From Marsupella aquatica (taxonomy: Eukaryota > Plantae > Marchantiophyta), in NCBI GenBank assembly GCA_973895155.1, contig OZ316896.1, positions 19,890,754-19,954,753 on the forward strand: 64,000 bases of DNA. The letters are read 5' to 3'. Each line of letters begins with the position of its first letter. Within the stretch, counting starts at the first letter, position 1. Of this stretch, positions 1-13,064 are shown piece after piece. A model generated the notes under the pieces. It had not been told where the DNA came from, searched no databases, and saw only the letters and a program-made list of their open reading frames with translations. Position numbers and translations under genes: made by a program.

Positions 1-1945
1 AGTCTTCGATTTGAAATCTGGAGGAGCTTCAAATCCCCCGTCTACCTTCGAGCGACGGAACATCTCGGTTTGGGTCGTGCCGGGACACATGGAAGTAACG
101 AAAATTTTATGATCTTCGGGTTGCGACTTCAGAAGAGATTTCCCTAGCGCTATAGAGTACACGTTCAGGAACAGCTTGGATTGGCTGTATAGGGGCATTT
201 TTCCAGGCCCTTCAGGTATCCATCCTTCGTCAACGAATGTTCCCGCTTTCACGTCCTGGACGTATTTTTCTGCAAGCGAATCGGCAAGCTCCTCAGAGTA
301 ACTGTCTTCGTCCCTGAACTTCTCCAACAGTGTCCCCTTCAGTCGCTGAGTACACAGGCAGAATCAATTTACGTGCGACGTGTTAAACCAGCCTCAGGAA
401 ATCACATATACAAAAATCGTTAGATGGTCAATGTTCACCTTCAAACCACAAATGAAATTCCAGCTGCTTCACCCTCAACCCTGCAAAAGCTGAGGGTTTA
501 AGCTGAATTCATCCCAACGAATCACATGTTCAATTGGCAGCATCTGTAGGATCTCCCGTCTAAGATAATTTGAAATTGCCGCAAGCCAGCCATCATCCTC
601 CAAGCCCATGCGTTCTCATTGGATAAGCATGCATCCGAATTTACAGTTCTAGGTGCTGAGCATTTCATCATGAATCACCTACCTCGTATAACGCCGCTCG
701 AGTAGAGAAATTCACGATACGAGCTCCAGCAGGGGACGCTCGCAGCACTGGCAGTAAACCTTTCGTCACATTCTTCACACCAAAGTAGTTGGTGTCTACC
801 ACCACCTTAGCGTTTTCGTAGGTCACCTTCAAGCCATCTACGCCTTCGGCCGGTCCAGAGACAACTCCAGCGTTGTTTACCTGCCCAGCATTACCAGTAG
901 CGTATGGGCACACTGTCAGCACTATTAATCGTTTTGTTGCCCAGATCCCTAAAGAAGTTACACAAACCCCCAATCGACTCGATCAGCTTGCACTATTTTT
1001 AAGTGGTGTATTTACACTAGAGTCACTACTCCACGACCAGTGAATGGCACGAATCAGTAAGTGACTACTTGATTGAATGAATGAATTTTGATTTAGGGGA
1101 CCCCAAATAGGGTAGAAGGATCGGAGAGAACGCACATGCAGCAATTCTCACAAAGTGGGGAAAACAGGTACTGTACATAACAATCAAGCATATGTCAAAT
1201 GACAATATGGACCTTTTCTTCTGTACATGCTGCGTAACAATTGTGCATCTCGGCGAAACACAGATGCCATCGAGCAATTGACAATCCACGGGAACACCTT
1301 AGAATGTACCCAGACATGTTACAGCATCTATTCGAGCCGATTTGTTACGGAGTTGTATGTGACGAATGGTACCTAATAACTTTCAACTATTCTGACGGAC
1401 GACGAACCATCGAATTGATCACGAATTCCAGTGTCAAAGATACCAAGTCAGCCACACTCACCAGGATGTCAAGCCCACCGAACTGTTGTTTCAACCATGT
1501 TGCCAACGTCTTCACCGTTCTGGGCTACCGGTCTCCAACTTATGGAAATATATATTTTTCAGCCCAGTTGCTTTCAGCTCATCGACGGCAGCTTGGCCCT
1601 TGACTGGGTCCCGTGCTGTCAACACAACGGTTAAGCCCTTGGTTGCAAAGATACGAACGAGCTCGTACCCTATCCCCCTATTGGCCCCAGTCACCAGCGC
1701 GACTGTGTCCTTCGACCACCATCTGAACAGAGGAACACCAGATGCACAATTAAAAACTATCAAATTACAAACTGAGCTCTTACTAATGAAGAGTTCCACT
1801 TCGGTGTTTTAGTCAATATTCGCTATCTTCCAATGCGTGCTCCAAACGAAAAACGAAATCGAAGACCATAGAAAACCTTTGATCCCGTCCTGTGCATTCC
1901 AAAAGAAACATTGTAAGTCAATACGTACTTTGTACTGTCCGTCAT
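1..1945 (-). CDS. Short-chain dehydrogenase/reductase (carbonyl reductase/(+)-neomenthol dehydrogenase-like), 3' end beyond the window; one apparent 1-bp frameshift
   Basis: Exons 1945-1929 (MTDSTK), 1722-1462 (WWSKDTVALVTGANRGIG = TGxxxGxG ... FGGLDIL), 880-683 (VNNAG ... DTNYFG ... RIVNFS), 345-<1 (catalytic YSQSK, MCPG), all with GT-AG borders. One extra A at 1518-1519 is needed to read PETVKTLATWLKQQFGGLDIL. Confidence 0.9.
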
Positions 1946-3042
1946 TGCAGTTTGAGGAGCTGAATGACTACAATTTCGTCGTCCCTCTGTAGACTGTTTT
2001 GCTGCAAATAACGTGCACTCGAGAAGTACTGCAGATGGAAGTAACTCTCGAACAATGAACAATTACTGCAAAGAACCAATACTTCTAAGTTCGCCCTCCT
2101 TGACTCAGGCTATCAGAAATGATAATTATACTCTCAATAACTCAACCCCAGGATCTCTTATAGTGATCTTGACTCCTAGACCCTTAATGTGTTGGAGTTC
2201 GAACAGCTACTGGACCAGAGAAGGACTTAACCGGGCCCCTCATGCATCTTTAGGACTAGCTGGACACCAAATATGGATTTGGCAATTGACCCTTGGCACG
2301 ACAGGCGAAATGCATGCATTATTGACGAATGTGAACAGAAGGAGGTTCCTGCCACTTCTCGAATTGTGTACCCAGTCCTTTATTGTAAGGTTTCCGTAAT
2401 CATGCGACTTTTCAAGGAGCTAATAAGGCAGGCTTTAACTTCCGGTACTCCACCCCACAAAGAACAAATTACGATGTCTCGCTCGGATCCGGCCCATATT
2501 CCATGCCCTCAAGCGCTCGAATGAAACCCAGCCACGGACCCGAAGTCTCGAACTCCACCCAGGTAAGCAAGTTCCTCCCCACCTCGCCACTCGATCTGGA
2601 CCCCATTCTGTATCGTTTGTTTATGGCCGAATTCAGCCCATGATGCACGCATCGACGATTCTGGTTCCTCATCTATCTACCCAGGTTCCTACCTCATCCG
2701 TGAGTTTTTTAATCGTTTGTTTTCGGCAGGAGAAAACGGGGCCCATAGATTGTACAATTGGGGCCCATAGGCCATAGCTACATTGCCCAGAGCTACATTT
2801 CCAGATCCGTGTCGACAATGTCAGGTGAAGGGTTGGCTGGACGGCGGAAGTCCGGACCTTCCTCAGTGGCGTGCCCTGACGTAGTTTCCATTGAGGCTGC
2901 TGCACGTCAGCAGTCGCATATATTTCTCCTGCGTCAGCGGAATGACGCAAACAAAAGAACATGAACAAAAGATTCCAATTGGAAATCTAAATATATAAAA
3001 CAAAGGTCAAGGGACAAAAGGGCGAAACTGGGGAGTTATATT

Positions 3043-3361
3043 AGGGAGTCTCAAATATGTGAATTTTGAAAGTGGGATCAAGCCAGATATTGTCCCCAGT
3101 CGAGCGCTGAATGTTGCGCCCTGACAGTCACGCCCGAGATTTTAGTGACCGATAGGGAGGGCCGGCAAAAACATGCAGACTACCTCACGACTCTGTGCTT
3201 TGTCCCCGAAGGTCAATGGTTGAGAGTCAGGCTTACGAGTGTTCGATGCAAGTGCCGCGACCCCATTCAATGTTGACTACCCCGGAAAAAACCAGCGTCC
3301 AAGAGCTTTGCGAGGCCGCCCATGAGGTAGATCAAATGTTTTTCCGTATTTGAGACTCCCT
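3043..3361. mobile_element. MITE (~319 bp) with TIRs and a 3-bp TSD, PIF/Harbinger-like by TSD length
   Basis: AGGGAGTCTCAAATA at 3043 is the reverse complement of TATTTGAGACTCCCT ending at 3361; ATT flanks both sides (3040-3042 and 3362-3364); no coding capacity. Confidence 0.7.
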
Positions 3362-4736
3362 ATTGGAGAGACATACTTGATGCATCTCTCAATTCAAAAG
3401 TATTATTTGGTGGACCTTTGAAAACTCTTTTGCTTTTACTAGGATGCAAGGTTTCACCCTCTTTCTAAATAAACACAAGTGTCTTTCCTTTTACTGTAAT
3501 ATGTAATCACAATGACCCTTTTTTCCATTGTTTATGAAGTGTCAGTCTGGCTGAAAACCTTGCTTGCAGTCAGACTATGGTGCCAGGTGTCTCCTCACTA
3601 TGAGATGAACCTAATTCCAGATGTCACTTGGCATATACATTTTCCATTCCAAACCCATCTTTCCCCAAGCTTGCACACTTCTTGATAATTATTTGGTTGC
3701 CGAGATGACTCCTTACAGCATCAAGCGACCTAGCCATCTTATGCCTGCCTCAACAATACTTTCCCTCAACATCACTTACTCTACTAGACAATATTATGCC
3801 GTGCCGGACTGTCTAGTAAAAATATAACAGACTACTAGAGCAATCAAAGGGTGGCTTCACAAGAGGTGAATTTGTGGTAGATAACTTGGGTGAGTGTCAC
3901 CATGTGGCATACCCATGACAGAGGAGTGGGCAGGCAAAGCAGGGCTGGGGGTGTGGGACTAGAAACACCAGCAAGGTGGGCAAGGCTTTTTTCTGCCCAA
4001 CACCCACACCTGACCTGCTCCATAATGTCCGTCCAACAACTGACTGTCTTATAAAACAAGACATATATGACCATAATGTCTGCAACAAGAAGTATGCAAG
4101 GCACTGGCAGTTATTAGGCCAGTAAAATTTTTAACTAGCCATCCAAGAGTGGATTTACAAGACATTCAGGATCATTATCTTCTTTTTATTCTCTTTAGTA
4201 AGATATATTAAATCCAGACCATATAAGTACTTGAAATGACTAGCCATGTAAATTTGGCTTTACAAGAACTGGGGCCATTTAAGTCTGATTGCTAACTATC
4301 ATACATGGTGAGCAAGGGGCCCAAGCAAATACTATGTGAAGTGGGATGTGAAGTGTTTACTCTGTCTAGAATGTTGGGTCCAGACATTTCCAACCTTCCC
4401 TTCCTTCATTCAAGGGACTTGCATTTTTTTAGTGAAGTTAGGTATAAAAGATCTTTGGTCCAGAGTCTATGTTTAGAAGATGAAGTGGCCATGCAGGTTC
4501 CTTTGTTGGAAAAAGTCTGTCTTATAAACCACCCTAACTCTAATAAAATAAACAATGCTGCCAAAATGTGCAGGTGATGTCATACGTACAAAATGGATGG
4601 AAGCAGGGGATTCTGCCTACCGTCCAATCCACATAAGCTTTTCTGAGCCATCGAATTTAAAAGGGTTTGGGTGTTATTTCATTTTTCTATTTTATGGGGT
4701 AGTTCTTCTTCAGTTGCAATGAATTGATGGTGGGTG

Positions 4737-4975
4737 GGCTTTGGTCAGTTGGCCAGAGGATGAGCCTAGAACCAAGAGGTTCCAGGTTCAATCCTCCCTC
4801 CACACATAAGGGGTGTGGAGGGTATGTGTGTGTGTGGATGGGGTGTAATGGTGGGAGTATTGGTTATCTCCTCAACCCTGGTTGCCCACTTTGGGTTCTG
4901 GTTTAATACTCTCTCCCTCCTGGTTTGGGTCCGTATCGGATCCTTGGATATTGTCCCCTTGTGGTTGCCCTACAT
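4737..4975 (+). mobile_element. tRNA-derived SINE-like repeat, copy 1
   Basis: Box A-like TGGTCAGTTGG (4742) and box B-like GGTTCAATCC (4785), then a (GT)n tract. A closely similar copy starts at 22497 and 3' parts recur at 22995-23203 and 24274-24317. Confidence 0.65.
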
Positions 4976-7319
4976 AGAAATGTATGCTCCAAAGCAAGAC
5001 ATCTATCCTCTGTTGGATGGGTCTGCTTTCGATGAATTTAATGGGGCTAGGTGAATATGTTTTCTAGGAAACAGGGCCCCAAACCACCACAAAGAGTAGG
5101 GGTACATCATTGCACCCCCTTCTCACCTTGCAGAGTCTGTACGATATCAGCTGAGCTTCATAAGTAGTCCATTCCTTGGACAAAACGCCCATCCAAAAGT
5201 ATGGTTCATCAAAGCACCTTGCAGTGCCCAAAAGACATTTTTTTGGTGCTTACAAAAGACTTGACACGTACAAGAATTGGAGATCACCTCTCTCTTACCA
5301 CTTAATTGGAAACTGGCCCTTCTTATCAACTAACTGCAAATGAGCAGGCCAGCAATATCTAAGAGTGGGATTCAAAAGGTCATAATAAATTAATTTTTCA
5401 ATAAATGTCCATCTTAATGAATTCAGAGAAGCTTTACAAGAAGTCTATCCAAGCATTGCTTCATTTTATCCTCCCTCACTTTAAATCTGGATAAATTTAG
5501 GATAGTTGAACAAGATATCCATTGCTTGTGTTTATTCACGCCAAGATAATTCTGGAAGGTACCCTGAGTGGAATTGCTCCAATGGAGCAAGGGTTCATGT
5601 AGAGAGCTCATTTTGCCTAGTCTGATTGTCTGAAAGAACTGGCTCCCCCTCAGTGTCCTTACTATATGGATCCTCCCCATCACCTAGAACTAACTTTTAA
5701 AGTCTCATATCCCCTAAAATGTAACTTATTATTTCTTTACATACCCTTACTATTTGAAATATTCTCAGAATAATTTTAAAATAAATAAATATTAAAACTT
5801 ATCAGTATCAAAACTGTAATGCCTAACATTTCTAGTAAAATTTTGATTTCTTTGCTTGAACCAATAAAATGGGCACCGCTATGATTCATCACATATAATG
5901 TGCCCTACACCATTGCCCCTACCATCAAACTGCACTCCAGATCACATCAGGGCTTCTACTGTCTGGGTCTGCAATTTCCTCGAAACTGGACTGTGATTCC
6001 TCTCCCTGGATATCGTTACAGTAGATTCTGGGTCCAATCCCACAAGAATCTACTCCACTAGCCCACTCCATCCACCACCAATCTTACAATTTGCAAGCAT
6101 TAGTGCCTGAGCTTTCGCACAGGATTCCGCAACTGCTGCCGGCGGGGACGTGTATGTGTGCCAAAGAGCTCGACCCTGGACAAGTAAACAAGCAGAACCG
6201 TGGGGATTTGATCAATGTACTCGGAGAGAAGCCTTTCAGGATAACATGACTCACGAAAAAGGTTTCCATGTGTTACCATAGACTGGGAGAGTAATCTTTT
6301 CGTGCGTTAACACTGACTGAGAGAAGCCTTCCAAAGGTTTACATGGACTCGAGCACCATATCCACTGGCCAATCTAACTACAGGCAGTCCTTACAACTAC
6401 ATGTAAAAAACCTGCGGACCTCCCTCACTTGCAAACGACCATGGATATTAGTGGATCCTGAATCACATTCGGCAGGTCCATTATTTCAAAACTTAGCTGG
6501 TGATGGCCAGCTGTACAAGATTGTTCCAACACAACAGTCATGTTCTCATAAAAAGCACCTTGCCAAATTCACTTCACTTGTGCTCTGAACATGCAGATGC
6601 TTGAGGCCAGTTTATCTAGCTCTCCGTTCTCTGCGCTAGGCAACAGATTCCATTTTATAATTTTACCTTGCGGCTTCAAACGCTCGATTCCAAGGCAGTG
6701 ACCAATGTCAGGGCAGTACTTTCCCTCGAATATGGAAAAGCAATCTTTCATCTTATGTGACGTAGGGAAACTCAGCACGTAATGACAGCTGCAATTCTCA
6801 CTAGTGGACCTACACATTGGTGTCAATGCACCAACAAGAATAATATTTCTTGCCAAAATAATACGATCCCTACAATAACCTATTTATTTCCAATAATCTC
6901 AATCTATTTCTAGCCTCGACCATTCGTAATTTACAAAAAAATCTAAACACGGCAGTAGATATCCTACCGGAATTGGAGACTACTCAATCTTGGTAAACAG
7001 ATAACATATTTGAATCAGAAGGTAAATGAAAAGGGTAGGCCCTTCCAATGTCACTTTCTCATGATTTCGTGAAAGTTAACTCGTATATACCACATCTAAC
7101 TTCTGATCCGAGTATGTCACCTGTTCACGAATGGAAATATTCTTAAAAATACAGAAATAAATTACAGAATTGCGATCTCAGCAAATAGGACTATCCACAC
7201 GACAATGCCTACATCAGGTGCTTAGATTGGGTAGCCGGTCTCTTCAGCCCTATGTGGGTCCCGGTTGTCATCTTCAGACACTTCGCAAGCTCAGCCTCCC
7301 AGGACGTTTGGGGGCGCAT

Positions 7320-9734
7320 CTACTCTATCTTCCTGCCATAAGTATCCTCACTGCCGTTCTCCATCATCCTTCTCCTCTCAGCAATCATTTCTGAGTAACC
7401 CTGCAAAAGGGAAATCAAATGAAGGTTCATTCCTATTGACTGCAAGTGTTACTACCATTGGTTAGACTTGATATGCTGTCCATCCAATTAATAACCAAGA
7501 AGATCGAGTGGATTATTCATGTATGCAAACAGATTCATCTGAAGACCTAAATCCCAGTGAAGAAACTAGGGAAGGAGAGATTACTCACGAGAGGGTAAAC
7601 GTACAGAAAAATGTACCACCATAAGCCTATGATCAAAGTAACACCTCCAGCAATGAAGGCGTTGTGGAATGGAAGCCACGAAGCGGTAATGACGCCCAAT
7701 CCTGTACCCACAATGGTCCACGGCTGGCACCTGACAATGTTACACATTACCAGTAAGAACACCTCATGCAATATTTGGAGCATCCATCCATAAACAATGT
7801 AAAAACATGAACGCTTCTTCCTATCTTCACTGTCTCAAAATCGACAAATCACAGAACCCAACCCAGTAACGCGAAATCACAGATCTGTAAAAGAGGCCGA
7901 CCCAGTAACAGAAGCCAACCCAGTAACGCGGAGTAGAGAAAGCGCTCATGGTCTGATACCCAATCAGAACAATTTCTACAAGAAGATCGAACCTCAGAGA
8001 AAGCCGGGTCATAATCCTCACTGCAAACTCAGAGTGGTGCATGACATAATTCTCATCATCGGAGACAACTTGAAAGGACACCTTAATATATAAAATGTAA
8101 AACTGTGGTAAGCCTGGTGTAAGGGTCTTTACACAGGTAATCACTAGGCAACGGAGGGAAACGAATCTGACTGGCTCCTACCTGTCCCTAACATCGGCAA
8201 CACCAGAATTTGCAATCCCTCATGGACATTTGTCGTTTTTTCTCTTCACCGAGTTTCCTCAAGATAGAGCTAATATTGGATAATCATCGGGAGGCACACA
8301 GCCCAGGGGATATTCTAGAAATACATCTTTCACGAAGGAAAGAGATAACAAACAGTATCAATTCAAGATCGTTCCAACGAAAGGATCAGTAGATGTAAGA
8401 GATTACTCCGCAGATGTCTACGAATGGATTGAACTTCTAAGCCTCAGAGAAAGCCGGGTCATAATCAACACTATGAATTCAGAGTGGTGCATGACATGCT
8501 ATCATCACAGGCGATAGCGTGAATATTACTGTATAATCATCCAGGAATAAATTTCCGGAAGGTTTAGACATAGGCATGTCCATTACTAAATTTTCAGGTT
8601 CCAGTGTGAAGGCTGAAGATATCGTTAGCCGTGAGAAACTCCGCAGTTGAGTCCAACCATGTAAACATGCAAAGACTATTTAGCCTCGGACTGAGGAATA
8701 TCTCTTTCAACGCTTTCAATTCAGAAAGGCAAGATTATCGTCACAGGTGATACTGAGCTACAGGTATATCCTAATAATCCCAACCCCTGTGGAGAAATGT
8801 CAGGGATCAAGCCCCTCCAGGAAGGCTTCAGAAACTAACGGGCCACAGCGACAAATGATAAAGCACCTCATATATGGCAGGAGGGACGAAGCCATAGGGC
8901 CCGGAAAGATGAAATGATCCGGCCTGGGTACACGAAATCTTTTCGATTCAAATGGCTTAGTTCAGGTAAGGAAGGTCGACATGGTCAATGAATGCCAAGA
9001 AGAAACCATGAGACCAGAACCGACATATGAGGAGTATCCACCCAGAGAAGAGACAGTAGAAAAGCGCCACAGGTACAAAAACACAACCTCGGCATGCAAC
9101 ATTTCTTATATCCCGACAAGACGAATAGATTCCGAGTAGGGTAGCGGCAGCAGAAACCTCGGGCCAAGCATTATCTGCTGAATGTCGACGATGCTCATTT
9201 ACAGCAAAGTAAACGAACAAACATTCATGACAAAAGAGACACAACCCCTCGCCCACGCGTATCGATGTCGCGCACGCTACAGATAGCTGACGGTTCATCA
9301 CAACAACGACAACCACAGAAAAACCAGTACTCAAGGCCAGCACCATACCATGCGGGCTTCGTATCCCAGACACTGTCATACTCGAGCGACAAGTCATCCA
9401 AGAAGAGCTCCATATCCTTGATCACCCCGGCATCGTCTGTATTGTCATCGCCTCTGCGGGACGCTCTAGCGACACCATCCCCTGAGGCATACACCGAAGG
9501 CGCAATACAGAAACTTCCGAACCCACCATCATGGCCCAATCGTCTCGACAATGGAGCAATCGTGCTCCAATTCTTCAATGAAACGGCTGCAAGCAACAAA
9601 GTGGGGGAGGAGGAGGAGAAGGAGAAGGAGGAGCTTGATGCTGTATGAAGTGATGAGGCACGGCTACAATGGCTCCCGACACAAGTAGCGGATGAGACGA
9701 AGCAGCTACCAGCGGCGGCCGTCATCGACGCCAT
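7320..9734 (-). CDS. DUF6737-family membrane protein with probable plastid transit peptide
   Basis: Exons 9734-9349 (Ser-rich N-terminus ... DDLSLEYDSVWDTKPAW), 7730-7589 (CQPWTIVGTG ... WWYIFLYVYPL), 7400-7320 (GYSEMIAERR ... KIE*). GT-AG splices keep the frame; the W-x-x-KP-x-WCQPW motif matches this family. Confidence 0.85.
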
Positions 9735-9825
9735 AGCCCTCCAGACCTCCGAGCTTTCTTCTCTCAGTTGTGAGGAGAGGATTTCAGCTGTCATGTATTT
9801 CAGCCCCAGTCTCTCCATCAGTAGA

Positions 9826-11152
9826 CGACTTTACGCTTTTCCTGTAAGGGTGACGGACTGGGCCGATCCGTTTACATGGTAAGGGAGTAACGACTCCTTT
9901 CGCTTACAGTGTCAGGACTAATGATTCTTTCCACTCACATTTTCCCGTTAGGATGACGAACTGGCCCGATGCGTTTACATGGTAAGGGAGTAGCGACTCC
10001 TTTCGCTTGCAGTGTAGAGGTCAGGTGAATCTTTTCGCTTACATGTTCCTGTAAGGGTGACGAACCTTTTCGCTTTACATGTTCCTTTAACGGTGACAAA
10101 CCTTTTCGCTTACATGTTCCTGTAAGGGTGACGAACTGGCGTTTGCATGGTAAGGGAGTACTGACTCTGTCGAGACTGGTGGTTCGTTTGGCTCACACTC
10201 TGCGATTTTACCGCCCTTCCTAAGGTAACGATCGATGAAACCCTAAACCCTGGCGATACAAGATGCCCCGATCCGTTTACACTGGAAGGAGTGGCCATTC
10301 CTATCGCTTACAGTGTAAAGGACTCGTTCCTTTCGCTCACTGTGTGTGAAGTTAAGAGCTACAGACTTTCCACCGGTCGTGTTACGCTATTTTTGTACGG
10401 GTGACGAACGAGAAAACCCTAAACCCTGGCAAAACAAGATGCCTTCATCCGTTTACACTGTAACGGAGTCGCAATTCCTTTCGCTTATATTGTAGAGGAC
10501 TGATGATTCTTTTCATTCACAGTGTGTGAGTTTAAGCGCCACGGTGTCTTTCCACCGCTAGCCAGAATAAATATACGCTTTTCTTGTAAGGGGACGAAAG
10601 ATGAAACCCTAGACCCGGGCAAGACAAGATGCCCGGGTTCATTCACACTGTAAGGGAGTGACGATTCCTTTTGCTTACAATGTAGACGGCTGGTGATTCT
10701 TTTCCCTCACAGTGTACAAAATTAAGGGCTAGTGCATTCCACCGGTAGCCCTAACAATCTTATTGCTTTTCCTCTAAGGCTGCCAACCCTAAACCCTGGC
10801 AGGGCAGGTGTCCCCCAATCCGTTTACATTGCAAGGAAGTGACAATTCTTTCTGCTTACATTGTTTTTGCAATGATTCTTTTCGCTCACCATTTGTGAAG
10901 TTAAGCCCTGCCGGTAATCACAGCCATATCAAAATATACCGTGTGCAGTCATTGAATTTAATTGCTACTGTCTTTCCACCAAGTACAGTAGCTTTTACTG
11001 GAATGACTTTACCGGTTTCCTGTGAGGATAGCGAATGATAAAACCCTAACCCTGGCAAGACAAGATGCCCTGATCTGTCCGTTGTAAGGAAGTGGCGTTT
11101 GTTCCCGCTTAGAGTATAGGTGACTGATGATTCATTTGCTTACAGTGTGTCT
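9826..11152. repeat. Degenerate tandem repeat (~180-250 bp units) containing AAACCCTA motifs
   Basis: AAACCCTAAACCCTGGC..CAAGATGCC..CCGTTTACA..TAAGGGAGT..ATTCCTTTCGCTTACAGTGT-like blocks recur near 10238, 10414, 10603, 10785 and 11041, with shorter sub-units from 9826. Confidence 0.8.
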
Positions 11153-13064
11153 AAGGGAAAGACAAAGTGTATTACTATATTCAAAGTAGACAAACTTGTC
11201 TTCCTGTTTTTTGTTTTTTTTTATTAGTGAAGGCAAAGGGTCCCCAAGTGCATGGATTTTCCTCCCATACAGTACTAGTGTATACTTTTTTCTTAGTTTT
11301 ATTTATTTTTAAATCCCCCACTTGAAGACTTAGTGCAACCTCCAGAGCTCCTCCCCTCCCTCCCCTGGCCCATCCTGCACTCTCATACTTGCACCCCCCA
11401 ACACTAGACACAAGATTAAATGTCTAACATTTAGCTCTACCAGGCTCAATTTACTCCTAAGCATTCCCACGCTTTTCAATTTATTATTGAGTAGGGCTTT
11501 ATTCTTTTGCCTTCTTCGGTTTCCTCAGGCTTTTTGGCTCACAGGGGTTCTCTATTGTTTTCTTCTCGTTGTTGGGTTCCCTGCCTTGGGAGCTTGTAGT
11601 CAGGGGGTTGAATTTTCCCCTTGTTTTGTCTGTCGTATTGGGAGTCCTTCCTATAGGACCTAGTCTCTAGGTTTAAATTTCTCCTTGTTTTATCCTAGGG
11701 GGCCCCTTGCCTTTGGTGGGATTGGCGTTCTTTGGCAGTGTCATTTGTAGTTTCCATGCGCACTTAGTGCATTTCTGGCCTTGCAGGTGAGTGTACATCA
11801 AAACACAGTAGCATAGAGTGTAATGGGTCATGTGCCCCTAGATCGGACCTTGCTGGTAAATGCACATCAACGTACAGCAACAAACTGCCTAATGTGGTAT
11901 GTCCCCACAAGTTGGACAGATTTGCTCTTAAATAACTGGATTGTTCTGTTATATCAATGAATGTTGTTCCTTCTCAGTATGTGACTGCTACTATTTGATG
12001 TGCAATTACCGGGACGAGGAGAGTGCTCTCCTCCGTCTTTGGTACAGCGCATTTATTTTCCAAGTCCCCTTTATGTTTCTCTGATCCCGCTCATCAGTCA
12101 TGGGTACAAGTACTACAATCGACACAGGGAACACCATCAAACCTCTGAGAAACTCTTGAATGTAGAAAGGTCGACAAGCAAGGATGGAAGTGAGAGTTCA
12201 ATGAACAAAGGAGCTTCTCTGCTGCATTCCAGCTGCTTCTCAAAGGTCAAGCTACGGCTGATTTAACGGATAATGAGGGTGACAACAGTACGCATCACCA
12301 AATTGGTCCGTGACGAAAGAGTTGTGCTCATCGATGTGCATTCTGTACTATTGTGATATCCATCGTCATTCTGTGTTAATGACTATTCGCAGACTGGAGT
12401 CAGTTTTTGTACAACTCTTTCAGTCTGACAATGACACATCCCCTTTTTTCTCCCTCCACAGGAACCTACTTTGTTCATCATCCTGAAAAATGACCTGACG
12501 AAACTTCACAGGGTGAAGAACTTCATCGGCCCATTGAGTAAGCGCCATGAGAATGTGTCTTTCATCATTGATTCCTATCTCTAAAATTCAGATTTCTGGA
12601 TTCCCATCCCTGAGTTTGTCAAGCCCTCACTGTGAAAGCCCATGCAGGGCATTTGCAAATTCAGCTCTGGAAGAAGAGCTTCTCCCCAACTGGGCCGTGA
12701 AGTAACATCACAGAATGACATAGCACTCAATTCTTCAATAATTCGGAATGTGGAATGTCCACTCACCGAAAGAATTACCGCCACCAAAACAAAAATGATC
12801 TAGGTCACGAGGCAATTTGAACCTTCTGTGCCTTACATGAAATACCTATCTCTACATTCTAACACGAACTGAGTCCCATTTTATTTGTACTATCAGCCAC
12901 AGTTTACAGCTCCTGGCAATTAGATCAGAGACAAGAAGTTGGAGATCGTCCGGGACAGGCAGCAGTAATGTCATCTCCATACCCATCTGATATGAGGGGT
13001 CGGATGACATACTATTACTGGTAGCAGCTGTCTTGGACAAGAAAGAGCCCCGGTCATAATCAAT

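Noticed and set aside
10238-11055. Interstitial telomere
   Set aside because: Only one or two AAACCCT units per repeat, not a telomeric tract.
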